54,102 nt of DNA from Clostridia bacterium (lineage in GTDB: Bacteria > Bacillota > Clostridia > Oscillospirales > CAG-272), in NCBI GenBank assembly GCA_017463405.1, contig JAFTPJ010000003.1, forward strand, positions 1 to 54,102, written 5' to 3'. How positions within the stretch are numbered: the first letter of the stretch is position 1; every line of letters begins with the position of its first letter. Positions 1 to 9,347 of this stretch are shown here, piece after piece. Below the pieces are notes generated by a model. The model was given only the letters and a program-made list of their open reading frames with translations, made no database searches and had not been told where the DNA came from. The position numbers were made by a program, and so were the translations under genes.

Positions 1-1730
1 GCCACGTCCGGGTTGTTTGTTCCTGCGGTGGTGTCGGGAAGATCGGGCGATACTACACCGTTCGGTTGCGTCTGCGTCAGCAAATATTCGCTCTTGAAGC
101 CGGAAATCTTTTTGTCATAATTGGTCAAGCCAACCTTCAAATTATTGTTCGCAAGACCGACACGCATATACACCAGGAACTTCTTTCCCAGGGAATGTAC
201 GTAATCGCACAGCTCTTTCAGATCATCATGCTTTTTGGAATTGTACGGCCCCCACGGCTCGGCAAGAACACCGGTCCAAGGCAGATCGTATTTTTCCATA
301 TTGGCGATCATTTCGTAAATCCCTTCACCGCGTCCGTCTTTAGTTTGCGTAATGCTGGCGGTCCACTTTTGTGAAAGATCGGGAGATTTTCTGCACACAA
401 GCATACCGTACGTCCATTCCTCCGGCATTTCTGCGTATCCCGTCAGTTCACTGTACGCTGAAATCACGTCTGCGATCGTCTCTGTCGTATAAATGTAAAC
501 GTCCAACGGAACACCGGTCACAATCGTCTTCCACTCGTCCGTATTCTCATTTCCGAGATCCATCGCCATGTGCTCATAAAGATTGACAAAGATTCCCGAG
601 CCGCGCGAAGAGCACAGAAGCGGAATGACCATATAGGACGCATCCGCTCGGCTCCAGATATCCTTGGTGAACATTTCGATATAATTACCGCGTTGGTTGG
701 CAGTATTGAAGCGCTCGCCCGTACCGAAAATCGCCTCGTCCTCTTCCAACACGCCGGTGATCGAACTGCCAAGCAGATTACAAGAAATATCCGTCACCTC
801 GGTAGCCACCGCACCGGACGGCGTGTAGAAGGTCATGTGGAATTGCGCCAGATCGATCGTCACGTAGCTGCCATCCGTCGCCGTAACCGTACAAGTCGTA
901 TCGGTAACAACGGCTTCAATCTGCTCGATATGAGAGGGATCTGCCTCTCCAAGGGAATAGGAAAGTCTTTGCGCCGCACCCATATCGTTGTAATCCCCAT
1001 CCTTTTCGGACTTTGTTTGCATACGCCAACCGCTGTTTCCGGTAAAGCTCATGCGAACGTAGGTAAACATATTCATCGTATTGGGTAAAGCAAATTCCAC
1101 GTAACGTTCGTCTGCCGAAATCAATTGAACCTCACCGGTTTTCTCATCCGAGCAAATCAGCTCAAAATTACCCGCAACACCGTATTCCTTCGCCTCGGCA
1201 TTCTGATATGTAGCCTCGGCTCTGAAATATGTCATCGCAGAAATCAACGCCATCGTGCTTTTACTGAAAATCACAACGCGCGTATCCACAGCTTTGATCA
1301 AAACCTCTTCCGAATTCAATTGAAGCTGATCGATAACATCTACGACCTCGGCACGCAACACCTCGCCAATCAGAATCTCATACGTCCCGGTAGCCTCCAA
1401 AGAATGAACGATAGGAATCTGTACACCCGTGATTTCAAAGATATCGTCCGAAAGCTTCTCGCACTCTGCAATCAGCTGATCACTTGCACCGACAGGATAA
1501 ACAATCTGGTAAACAGCCGATCCGTCTGCGTTCGCCTGTGCCATGTTCATCAAATTCGCGGGGCGATCCAACACATCGGAATCTCCCAATGCATCGCTTT
1601 TCCCACCGATAAAGCTCGGCGCATTGAGGACTGCAACATCCTCCTGCTCGGGTACTACACTTGCCGTACATCCAAAGAGTCCGAGTACAGTTGCCAGCAA
1701 CAGTACCATAGCAATCAATCTTACTTTCAT
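1..1730 (-). CDS. Glycoside hydrolase family 31 (alpha-glucosidase/alpha-xylosidase-like) lipoprotein; C-terminus cut by window edge
   Basis: Absent from the ORF track because it runs off the left edge. I translated the minus strand from ATG at 1730 (RBS AAGGAGG about 1738-1744). The N-terminus MKVRLIAMVLLLATVLGLFGC is a signal peptide plus lipobox. Further in are GH31-type blocks: FGTGERFNTANQRGNYIEMFTKDIW, YMVIPLL.SSRGSGIFVN, VTGVPLDVYIYT, ISAYSELTGYAEMPEEWTYG and DLPWTGVLAEPW...LCDYVHSLGKKFLVYM. The stretches I translated by hand (the first ~45 codons from 1730, and 779 down to position 1) contain no stop; that the intervening region is also open is inferred from the absence of any minus-strand ORF starting at 1730 in the ORF track. 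Confidence 0.7.
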   Translation of the reverse strand, partial: MKVRLIAMVLLLATVLGLFGCTASVVPEQEDVAVLNAPSFIGGKSDALGDSDVLDRPANLMNMAQANADGSAVYQIVYPVGASDQLIAECEKLSDDIFEITGVQIPIVHSLEATGTYEILIGEVLRAEVVDVIDQLQLNSEEVLIKAVDTRVVIFSKSTMALISAMTYFRAEATYQNAEAKEYGVAGNFELICSDEKTGEVQLISADERYVEFALPNTMNMFTYVRMSFTGNSGWRMQTKSEKDGDYNDMGAAQRLSYSLGEADPSHIEQIEAVVTDTTCTVTATDGSYVTIDLAQFHMTFYTPSGAVATEVTDISCNLLGSSITGVLEEDEAIFGTGERFNTANQRGNYIEMFTKDIWSRADASYMVIPLLCSSRGSGIFVNLYEHMAMDLGNENTDEWKTIVTGVPLDVYIYTTETIADVISAYSELTGYAEMPEEWTYGMLVCRKSPDLSQKWTASITQTKDGRGEGIYEMIANMEKYDLPWTGVLAEPWGPYNSKKHDDLKELCDYVHSLGKKFLVYMRVGLANNNLKVGLTNYDKKISGFKSEYLLTQTQPNGVVSPDLPDTTAGTNNPDV

Positions 1731-1942
1731 GTAAAATCCTCCTTATGTTTTTTCTTACTTCGCAGAAATCATCTCCCCGTAATTATATTTTATACTATTT
1801 TATATCGCTTGTCTTTACACAATCGTAAATATTTTTTGCACAATCGTTAAAATTAGTATAAAAATCCATCGTCACCTATCTGAAAAGCGCTCCCGTATAT
1901 TTCGACGGAAGCGCTTTGATGATATTTTTTATTGACTGCTGC

Positions 1943-2104
1943 TTACGGCGCAACGCTTCTCGCGTAGTCGTAAAGCTCCATGGTGTACTCGTCACCCGTA
2001 TTCAGGTCAAATCATTTGCCCTCTGGCAAATAGATATCACGCGAATATGTCTCATCCAGAATAGGTGCAACCAGGAACGCATCACGGGCATTTCCGTTGT
2101 GCAT
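1943..2104 (-). pseudogene. Decayed fragment resembling the C-proximal part of a GH31 enzyme, with an in-frame TGA where the conserved Trp is expected
   Basis: The minus-strand frame reads MHNGNARDAFLVAPILDETYSRDIYLPEGK*FDLNTGDEYTMELYDYARSVAP*. FLVAP...YLPEGxW.D..TG is the GH31 pattern. TGA at 2012-2014 sits where TGG (Trp) is expected. The same frame has a further stop at 2111-2113, and there is no RBS. Confidence 0.35.
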
Positions 2105-2245
2105 GCTTCGTCAGACAGCTCGGTGATGTACGACGTCAAATGCTCGTGTAGCTTTGAAGTAGATTGATATTATTGTTCCAATATTGACAGATCATTCGCC
2201 ACTTTGCGGAAAATTGTAAATAATTTGATATCAAACAAGATGTTA

Positions 2246-2274
2246 TTGACATTTATTATGAAACGTGCTACAAT
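2246..2274 (+). promoter_or_regulatory. SigA-type promoter for the AraC regulator gene
   Basis: TTGACA (2246-2251), 17-nt spacer, TGcTACAAT extended -10 (TACAAT 2269-2274), about 34 nt upstream of the ATG at 2308. Confidence 0.5.
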
Positions 2275-2307
2275 ATAAAAAGACGCAAAGTCATATTGGA
2301 GGTAATT

Positions 2308-3270
2308 ATGAATTCCAATCCGAACACCGAGGATCAAAACTTTGCAATTCTGCCAGTAACCATATTCAAGGATTCTTTTGAACATGGCATCCGTACAAAC
2401 GAGGCCAGCCTAAACGACACCTTTAAGCCCAATCATCGAGCGATCTTAAAATCCGTCATCGATGTGCTCAAGCCCGAGCACGTGTTCACGAAATATCACT
2501 ATCATGACGGCGTCGAGATCATCCGCATCAACGAGGGACAGGCGAATATTGTCATTAACAATCACTCCATTTCTGTGCAAAGGGGAGACGTCCTGGTATT
2601 TAATGCCTTCGAGGCACACGGTCTTTTTTTACCGGATGCGGAATCGCTTTTTACTCGTACCTGTATTGCTTTTCGTCCGCATTATCTCTTTCCGCCCGAA
2701 AGTGGAACAGGAAGCGCGCATTTTTTTGCGGATCTGAAAAAAATCAGCTTTCAAAATCACATCCCGGCGGAGCATCCCGCAGCTCCCATGCTTTGCGATA
2801 CGATCGACCGTATCGTCTCTGTTTATCAGGAACAGCATAACGGCTGGTCGGTAGAGGTCTTTTCCTGCATCCTGCAATTTTATTCGCAAATGATCCGCTA
2901 CCAGCTCTTCAAAGAAAACGATAATGATACCGCTTACATATTCGACTTTATGACAAAGGTGAGCACCTATATTGAGGAAAATCTTGACCAAGATATTGCA
3001 ACCACCGATATTGCAGCCTATTGTCAGTACAGCACCGAGCATTTTTGTAGGCTCTTTAAAAAGTGTTTCAACAAAACCTTTAAAAACTATCTCAATATCT
3101 ACCGCATTCGCCGCGCCAAAGATTTTATCGATAGCGGAAAATACACCACGATAGCTGCTGTATCTACCAAGGTCGGCTTTAACAATCAAAATCATTTCGG
3201 GCACATGTTTAAAAAATATGTAGGGATTCTCCCTTCCGAATATATCAACCGCCAGAAAATCATCGAATAA
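2308..3270 (+). CDS. AraC family transcriptional regulator (cupin-like N-domain + C-terminal HTH)
   Basis: The ORF track gives 2296..3270. I prefer ATG 2308, preceded by GGAGG at 2298-2302. The C-terminus YCQYSTEHFCRLFKKCFNKTFKNYLNIYRIRRAKDFI...VSTKVGFNNQNHFGHMFKKYVGILPSEY is a typical AraC double HTH. The N-terminus (HYHDGVEIIRINEGQANI) is cupin-like. Confidence 0.85.
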   Translation: MNSNPNTEDQNFAILPVTIFKDSFEHGIRTNEASLNDTFKPNHRAILKSVIDVLKPEHVFTKYHYHDGVEIIRINEGQANIVINNHSISVQRGDVLVFNAFEAHGLFLPDAESLFTRTCIAFRPHYLFPPESGTGSAHFFADLKKISFQNHIPAEHPAAPMLCDTIDRIVSVYQEQHNGWSVEVFSCILQFYSQMIRYQLFKENDNDTAYIFDFMTKVSTYIEENLDQDIATTDIAAYCQYSTEHFCRLFKKCFNKTFKNYLNIYRIRRAKDFIDSGKYTTIAAVSTKVGFNNQNHFGHMFKKYVGILPSEYINRQKIIE

Positions 3271-3279
3271 AGTCTCATC

Positions 3280-3327
3280 TGCGCACTTGAATTCCGTGTT
3301 TGCGCAAATTCGAAAATTAAATGCGCA
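3280..3327. promoter_or_regulatory. Three palindromic TGCGCA hexamers phased exactly 21 bp apart (candidate operator or activator site)
   Basis: TGCGCA occurs at 3280-3285, 3301-3306 and 3322-3327. The array lies immediately upstream of the -35 of the nucleoside hydrolase/ribokinase promoter. Confidence 0.4.
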
Positions 3328-3350
3328 TTTGGCAATTCTCTCACCGCATA

Positions 3351-3379
3351 TTGTATCAAAACACATTTCATGGTATAAT
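3351..3379 (+). promoter_or_regulatory. SigA-type promoter for the nucleoside hydrolase-rbsK operon
   Basis: TTGTAT (3351-3356), 17-nt spacer, TGgTATAAT extended -10 (TATAAT 3374-3379). The ATG is at 3421. Confidence 0.55.
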
Positions 3380-3420
3380 GAAACAAATGAAAATAAAAAA
3401 TCTGAAAGGATAAAACAAAC

Positions 3421-4338
3421 ATGGAAATGACCTTAAACAAGCTCATGGAACTGATTCGCTCTGATAAAAAGCACAAGATCATTCTTGACACCGATGCCTA
3501 CAATGAGGTCGACGATCAGTTCTGCATCGCTTACTGCATGCTCGCAAAGGAAAAGATCGACCTGCTCTCCATCAATGCGGCACCCTTCCTCAACAATCGC
3601 TCCACTTCTGCAGGCGATGGCATGGAAAAGAGCTATAATGAGATCTTCAAGGTGATGCAGCTGGTTGACAAAAACGCAACCATTCCCGTCTACCGTGGCT
3701 CTACCTCATTTCTCAAGGACAAAAAAACGCCCGTGGATTCCCCTGCGGCAGATAACATCATCAACACAGTGATGAACAGTGACGAGCCCGTCATCGTCGT
3801 CGCCATCGGCGCAATCACCAACGTGGCATCCGCACTGATCAAATGCCCCGAGCTTGCAAAAAAGACCGCAGTGGTCTGGCTCGGCGGACATGCAACACAT
3901 ATCTGGTATAACACGGAGTTCAATCTCCGTCAGGATATTCCCGCCGCACAGGTCGTATTCGACAGCGGCATCCCGCTTCTGCAGGTTCCCTGCACCGGTG
4001 TTTGCACCGAGTTTCGCACCTCCGTTCCCGAGCTTCATCACTATCTTGACAACAGAAATGCACTCTGCGATTATCTCGTAAACAACGTCGCCGAGGAATG
4101 TGACAACCACGAAAAGCTCGGAGAGTGCGCTCCCAGCCGCATCATCTGGGACGTTACTGCGGCAGCTACCTTGATTTGCCCAAAAAATTGCAATATGGTA
4201 ACGGTTCCGCGCCCCATCGTCACCTCCGACGGACTCTACGCATTCGATTCCGCGCGCCCCGATTACATCTATGTCCGTTCGCTCGACCGCGACCGCATCT
4301 ACGCGGATCTGTTCGGAAAGCTGGCAAATAAGCAATAA
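3421..4338 (+). CDS. Nucleoside hydrolase (inosine/uridine-preferring IUNH family)
   Basis: 305-aa ORF. The N-terminal ILDTDAYNEVDD matches the DxDxxxDD nucleoside hydrolase fingerprint. VVAIGAITNVASAL is a typical family block. It is followed after 11 nt by ribokinase. Confidence 0.8.
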   Translation: MEMTLNKLMELIRSDKKHKIILDTDAYNEVDDQFCIAYCMLAKEKIDLLSINAAPFLNNRSTSAGDGMEKSYNEIFKVMQLVDKNATIPVYRGSTSFLKDKKTPVDSPAADNIINTVMNSDEPVIVVAIGAITNVASALIKCPELAKKTAVVWLGGHATHIWYNTEFNLRQDIPAAQVVFDSGIPLLQVPCTGVCTEFRTSVPELHHYLDNRNALCDYLVNNVAEECDNHEKLGECAPSRIIWDVTAAATLICPKNCNMVTVPRPIVTSDGLYAFDSARPDYIYVRSLDRDRIYADLFGKLANKQ

Positions 4339-4349
4339 GAGGTACCGTC

Positions 4350-5261
4350 ATGAAAAATATTTTGGTCATCGGCAGCATCAACGTGGATTACGTCATCCAC
4401 ACCGAACGACTCCCCAAGCTCGGCGAAACGTTGACAGGCAGTGATTTCGCCATGAATTTCGGCGGAAAGGGTGCCAATCAGGCAATGGCACTCGCCAAAA
4501 CAGGATGCAACGTCAAAATGCTTGGCGCAGTCGGCAAGGATCTGTCCGGCGAGCTCGCCATCAATAATCTTAAATCCTTCGGTATCGATACCACCGATGT
4601 CATAACGGTCGACGCTCCCACGGGTGCCGCTGTCATCACGGTCTGCGGTGGTGACAATCACATCATTCTCGACATCGGAGCAAACGCATACGTCACCCCT
4701 GACGCCATTGCGGAAAGAGAGGCGCTTTTCGATTGGGCAGACTACGTTGTTATGCAGTACGAAATCCCGATGGAATCGGTTCTTTTTGCAGCACGTATGA
4801 CGAAAAAGCACGGGAAAAAGGTGGTTCTCAACCCCGCTCCCGTCAAGGAAGCAGATCCCGAGCTATTCCGTTTTGTAGATATGATCATCCCCAACGAGTT
4901 CGAGGCACAGCTCATCACGGGCATTTCTCCCAACGATGAAGCAACCACCAAGCAAGCCATTCGAGCCCTGCAGGCACTGGGCTGCGAAACGGTGATTATT
5001 ACGCTCGGCAAGCGCGGCTGCGCTTACACCGAGGGTGACAGCATCGGCACGGCGGGCATCTATCCCGTCAAGGTTGTTGATACCACCGCCGCAGGCGACA
5101 GCTTTATCGGCGGACTTTGCAAGAGCCTTTGCGAGGGAAAATCCATGTCCGACGCAGTTGCGTACGCCTCTGCGGTTTCCTCGATCACGGTCAGCCGCCC
5201 GGGTGCCGGCATTTCCATCCCAACTGCAGATGAGGTGGAAGATTTTTTGAAAAAGATATAA
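4350..5261 (+). CDS. rbsK: Ribokinase
   Basis: 303-aa ORF. PfkB/ribokinase motifs are present: GSINVDYV, NFGGKGANQAMA and the C-terminal DTTAAGDSFIGGL. Confidence 0.85.
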   Translation: MKNILVIGSINVDYVIHTERLPKLGETLTGSDFAMNFGGKGANQAMALAKTGCNVKMLGAVGKDLSGELAINNLKSFGIDTTDVITVDAPTGAAVITVCGGDNHIILDIGANAYVTPDAIAEREALFDWADYVVMQYEIPMESVLFAARMTKKHGKKVVLNPAPVKEADPELFRFVDMIIPNEFEAQLITGISPNDEATTKQAIRALQALGCETVIITLGKRGCAYTEGDSIGTAGIYPVKVVDTTAAGDSFIGGLCKSLCEGKSMSDAVAYASAVSSITVSRPGAGISIPTADEVEDFLKKI

Positions 5262-5276
5262 AAAGATATAATTCAT

Positions 5277-5314
5277 GGGAAGAGGGGGACCTTTTGAAAA
5301 AGTCCCCTCTTCCC
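5277..5314. terminator. Stem-loop terminator between convergent rbsK and lipoprotein genes
   Basis: GGGAAGAGGGGGAC (5277-5290) pairs with GTCCCCTCTTCCC (5302-5314), giving a 13-bp GC-rich stem with one bulge. Confidence 0.5.
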
Positions 5315-5348
5315 ATACCCATTTCCCCAAAAAATTTTTATCTCCTAA

Positions 5349-5389
5349 CCAAAGTGGGAGGACGCCTTAACAGCGTCCTCCCACTTTGG
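5349..5389. terminator. Second stem-loop terminator in the convergent gap
   Basis: CCAAAGTGGGAGGACGC (5349-5365) / loop CTTAACA / GCGTCCTCCCACTTTGG (5373-5389) forms a perfect 17-bp stem. Confidence 0.55.
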
Positions 5390-5437
5390 TTACGCGCTAC
5401 GCGCGTTTTTTGTGATAAGGTTTTCCGGTTTCATTCA

Positions 5438-6100
5438 TCAAGCACCGGTAAAGGAATCGAGGAACCATTCCCCGTCCTGCAGGATCATTGCGATCTCCAC
5501 AACATCCACCTGCTCGGGGGAATCCTCAAGCCACGAGCGCATGGAAACCTTGCAGGCATTCTCACGTCCGAGCGAAAGCATCTCCATGCTCGAATAATCA
5601 TAAATACGCATTGCTGTATACAGCGTATTGTTATCCTTTCCGTCTGCATCCTTGGAAAGAGATTGACAGAACACTCCCGAAAACTCTTGATAGCGTGCAA
5701 GACCGAATGCCGTTCCGCCGGCACTGTTATCAATCGCATAGCCATCAAACGCTGCTTTGTAAAGCACGTCTTCCAAAAATCCCTTGCTGTACACCTTCTC
5801 GGCGGCAAGCTTAATCTGGTCGATCGTTTGGAATTTCGATTGCGGCGTTACGTATTCATAATTGTCCTTCTGGTCAAATCCGAAATACACGTGATTAAGC
5901 TCCACGTACTCCGAGCCGCTTTCGTACACCGGAAGCCCCGGACCGTAGAATATGGAGTTCAGCTCGTACGCCTTTTCTACAAGGTATACCACACGGTCGT
6001 AAAGATCCTCCACCTGCGGTGTCGCAGCGCATCCCGTGAAAAATCCACAGGAAACAACCGTCAACACCAAGGCAAGCATCAAAGTCATTGTTTTTTTCAT
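5438..6100 (-). CDS. Lipoprotein of unknown function
   Basis: 220-aa ORF. The N-terminus MKKTMTLMLALVLTVVSCGFFTGC is a signal peptide plus lipobox (FTGC). It lies 44 nt downstream of gyrA on the same strand. I recognised no family motif. Confidence 0.65.
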   Translation of the reverse strand: MKKTMTLMLALVLTVVSCGFFTGCAATPQVEDLYDRVVYLVEKAYELNSIFYGPGLPVYESGSEYVELNHVYFGFDQKDNYEYVTPQSKFQTIDQIKLAAEKVYSKGFLEDVLYKAAFDGYAIDNSAGGTAFGLARYQEFSGVFCQSLSKDADGKDNNTLYTAMRIYDYSSMEMLSLGRENACKVSMRSWLEDSPEQVDVVEIAMILQDGEWFLDSFTGA

Positions 6101-6144
6101 TTTCTTTGATCCTTTTTCAGAAAATTATCTTCTACAAGGAAGTC

Positions 6145-8712
6145 TTATTCTTGCACCGTTTCACCATTTTTTTCACCTACAGATGCGTTTTCGGCAGTTT
6201 CCGTGATTTCCACAGCCTCGGTATCATCAGAAAATTCTTCCTCACTATCGTCCTTGTGCTCCACCGTTGTAAAGTTGACAAGCGACTGACCTTCACCCAG
6301 TCTCATCACAATAACGCCGCCTGCGCTTCTCGAACGTGTGGGAATGCCCGCCACGGGTGTACGGATAATCGTTCCGGAATCGGTGATCATCATGATATCC
6401 ATGCTGTCATCCACCGAAGCGATACCCGTCAGGTCGCCGCTCTTTTCGGTCAGATTGTAGCAAGTCACACCATATCCGCCGCGATGCTTCATCAAGCGGA
6501 AATCGTCAAACGGGCTTCTCTTACCAAAGCCGTTTGCGGTAATGCAGAGCAGCTCCTTGCCCTCTTCGACAACGCAAACGCCCTTCACGAAGTCGCCATC
6601 GCGCAGGCTGATACCTCTGACACCTCTTGCCGTACGGCTCAAGGGTCTGACACCCTCTTCGGCAAATCGGATCGCCTGACCTTGCTCGGTCGCAATCAAA
6701 AGCTCACAGTTGCCGTCCGTTCGAACAACATACAGCAGCTCATCACCCTCGTCCAGATTCAGCGCGATCTTACCGCCCTTGCGCTGGTACTCGTATTCGG
6801 AAAGTAGCGTACGCTTGATCACACCGTTTCTCGTTACCATCGTCAGATATTCATTCTCGGTAAACTCGTCCACGCTGATGCACGAGGTAATCTTCTCGCC
6901 CTCTGTCAGTTCCAAAATATTGACAAGGTTCTGTCCGCGTGCGGTTCTTCCCGCCTCGGGTATCAGATATGCCTTACGCATCTGTACCTTACCCGTGTTG
7001 GTAAACATCATCAGATAAGAATGGCTGTTGACGGCAATTACCTTTTCAATATAGTCCTCTTCCTTCGTTGCCATACCGATGATACCGCGTCCGCCTCTGT
7101 TCTGTGCGGAATAGGTATCTGCTGGCTGACGCTTGATATAGCCCGCGTGCGTCAACGTAATGACACAACTGTGACGCTCGATCAGATCCTCCAGAATGAT
7201 CTCGTGCTCCGCAGGAACGATATCGGTGCGTCTTTCGTCGGCGTATTTTGTCCTGATCTCACCCATTTCATCCTTAATAATCTGCTTGATCTTACCCATA
7301 TCCGCCAAAATCGCCTCCAGCTCCGCAATCAGCTTGTGGAGTCTTTCCAGCTCATCCTCGATCTTGCTTCTTTCCAAACCCGTCAGCTTACCCAGCGTCA
7401 TTTCGACGATCGCCTGCGACTGGATTTCGGAAAGTCCGAATCTCTCCATCAAAGTCAACTTCGACTCGGGAATCGAGGGAGAGGTCTTCATGATCTGTAC
7501 AATCTCGTCGATATTATCCAGCGCAATCTTATAGCCCTCAAAGATATGCGCCCTCGCCTTTGCCTTTTCCAGATCGTACTCGGTGCGGCGGATAATCACC
7601 TGCTCCTGATGCGCAATATAATGGTCTAGAATTGAAGGGAGATTGAGCACCTTCGGCTCATTGTTGACAAGAGCCAGCATATTGATCGCAAAAGTATCCT
7701 GCAGCTGTGTATATTTGTAAAGCTGGTTCAGAATAATCTGTGGGTTTGCGTCGCGGCGATATTCCACAACGATTCGCATACCTTCTCTACCCGATTCGTC
7801 ACGCAACTCGGTAATGCCTTCAATCTTCTTTTCCTTGACACAGGTCGCAATGGATTCGCAAAGCATACTCTTGTTGACGCCGTATGGAATCTCAGTAAAC
7901 ACAATCCTTCTGTGTTCTTCCTCAATTGCCGAGCGGGAGCGCACCATAATGTGCCCCTTACCCGTCAGATACGCCTCTTTGATTCCGTTGACGCCATAAA
8001 TGGTCGCGTAGGTCGGAAAGTCAGGACCTTTGATGTATTCCATCAATTCATCCACCGTACACTCGGGATTATCCATGCGATAAATCGTCGCATCGATTAC
8101 CTCACCCAGATTGTGCGGCGGGATATTCGTAGCCATACCGACCGCAATACCCATCGAACCGTTAACAAGCAGGTTCGGGAAGCGGGACGGAAGCACCGTA
8201 GGCTCCTGCAGACGGTTATCAAAGTTTGGCATCATGGGAACGACGTTCTTATCCAGATCCCGCATCATTTCATCCGAAATGCGGTCCAGACGCGCCTCAG
8301 TATAACGGTAAGCTGCTGCGGGGTCACCGTCGACAGAACCGAAATTTCCGTGTCCCTCTACCAGCGTATAACGCATCGAGAAATCCTGCGCCATACGCAC
8401 CATTGTGCCGTAAACCGCTGCGTCACCGTGCGGATGGTAACGACCCAGCACGTTACCGACGGTAGTAGCCGACTTACGGAAAGGCTTGGAGTGCACCAAG
8501 CCATCCTCATACATTGCGTAAAGGATACGGCGTGCACCCGGCTTCATACCATCACGCACGTCGGGAAGCGCACGCGCCATGATAACGGACATAGAGTACT
8601 CGATGAAGGATTTTTTAACCTCCTTCTCCATCCCCACGTCCACGATCTTTTGAGTTTCAAACAGGGAAAGCTCCTGTTCCTTGTCAAAATTTTTGTCTTT
8701 TTCGTTAGCCAC
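6145..8712 (-). CDS. gyrA: DNA gyrase subunit A
   Basis: 855-aa ORF with a GTG start after GAAAGGGA. Motifs include [30 protein letters not shown] and the active-site region [11 protein letters not shown]. It also has C-terminal beta-pinwheel repeats and an acidic tail. Confidence 0.97.
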   Translation of the reverse strand: MANEKDKNFDKEQELSLFETQKIVDVGMEKEVKKSFIEYSMSVIMARALPDVRDGMKPGARRILYAMYEDGLVHSKPFRKSATTVGNVLGRYHPHGDAAVYGTMVRMAQDFSMRYTLVEGHGNFGSVDGDPAAAYRYTEARLDRISDEMMRDLDKNVVPMMPNFDNRLQEPTVLPSRFPNLLVNGSMGIAVGMATNIPPHNLGEVIDATIYRMDNPECTVDELMEYIKGPDFPTYATIYGVNGIKEAYLTGKGHIMVRSRSAIEEEHRRIVFTEIPYGVNKSMLCESIATCVKEKKIEGITELRDESGREGMRIVVEYRRDANPQIILNQLYKYTQLQDTFAINMLALVNNEPKVLNLPSILDHYIAHQEQVIIRRTEYDLEKAKARAHIFEGYKIALDNIDEIVQIMKTSPSIPESKLTLMERFGLSEIQSQAIVEMTLGKLTGLERSKIEDELERLHKLIAELEAILADMGKIKQIIKDEMGEIRTKYADERRTDIVPAEHEIILEDLIERHSCVITLTHAGYIKRQPADTYSAQNRGGRGIIGMATKEEDYIEKVIAVNSHSYLMMFTNTGKVQMRKAYLIPEAGRTARGQNLVNILELTEGEKITSCISVDEFTENEYLTMVTRNGVIKRTLLSEYEYQRKGGKIALNLDEGDELLYVVRTDGNCELLIATEQGQAIRFAEEGVRPLSRTARGVRGISLRDGDFVKGVCVVEEGKELLCITANGFGKRSPFDDFRLMKHRGGYGVTCYNLTEKSGDLTGIASVDDSMDIMMITDSGTIIRTPVAGIPTRSRSAGGVIVMRLGEGQSLVNFTTVEHKDDSEEEFSDDTEAVEITETAENASVGEKNGETVQE

Positions 8713-8761
8713 GATTTTTCTGTCCCTTTCCTGTTTATTTCAAGAGAGTTATGTTTTGTTT

Positions 8762-9307
8762 TTATTTGAATTTGTCAAGTAGTTTGCAAATGAGCTGAAC
8801 GGGATAATACAAAGCGCATCCCATAATTGCCGTTCCACTCATTTCGGGAAGCACTGCGCAAAGCAAAATCTGCGGCAAATTAATCAGCTCATAAGTTAGG
8901 CAGGTATATCCAACCGTTACAAACGCACGCAGACATAGTCCGCATGCAAGAGCAATCAGATACACCGTATATCGCTTCGGATGAATTGCACGGGAATAAT
9001 GTCCCACCACGTATCCAAATACCATATAAACAACGGGTAACAGGGAAATTCCCTGTGATCCGATTGCTTCAATCAGCACACCCGCCGCGATTCCCGTAAT
9101 ACTTCCCGCGTATTTTCCACGGAAATATGCTATACACAGCACCGTACAGAGCATCAGATCGGGAACCGCACCAAAGATTTTGAATCTTCCAAACAGAGAT
9201 ACCTGCAAAGTCGAGCACAAGATCAGTAAAGCTCCAATCGTAACCGTATTGAGAACGATTTTCGAGCGCGCCTGCGCCTGGTATCCTAAAATGCGGTTCT
9301 GCGGCAT
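8762..9307 (-). CDS. mreD: Rod shape-determining protein MreD (probable)
   Basis: 181-aa polytopic membrane protein 40 nt downstream of mreC. It contains an MreD-like block FGAVPDLMLCTVLCIAYFRGKYAGSITGIAAGVLIEA. The call rests on composition plus adjacency. Confidence 0.65.
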   Translation of the reverse strand: MPQNRILGYQAQARSKIVLNTVTIGALLILCSTLQVSLFGRFKIFGAVPDLMLCTVLCIAYFRGKYAGSITGIAAGVLIEAIGSQGISLLPVVYMVFGYVVGHYSRAIHPKRYTVYLIALACGLCLRAFVTVGYTCLTYELINLPQILLCAVLPEMSGTAIMGCALYYPVQLICKLLDKFK

Positions 9308-9347
9308 GATACAATTCTCCTTTCCGGTGTCATCCTAAAAATTTTCT

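Noticed and set aside
2060-2165. An alternative-frame reading of the GH31 relic (…EMPVMRSW… and KLHEHLTSYITELSDEA) that would imply multiple frameshifts.
   Set aside because: The PVMR reading uses the same nucleotides as the better-supported DAFLVAP frame, so only one can be real. The upstream similarity is too weak to claim. Only 1943-2104 is reported.
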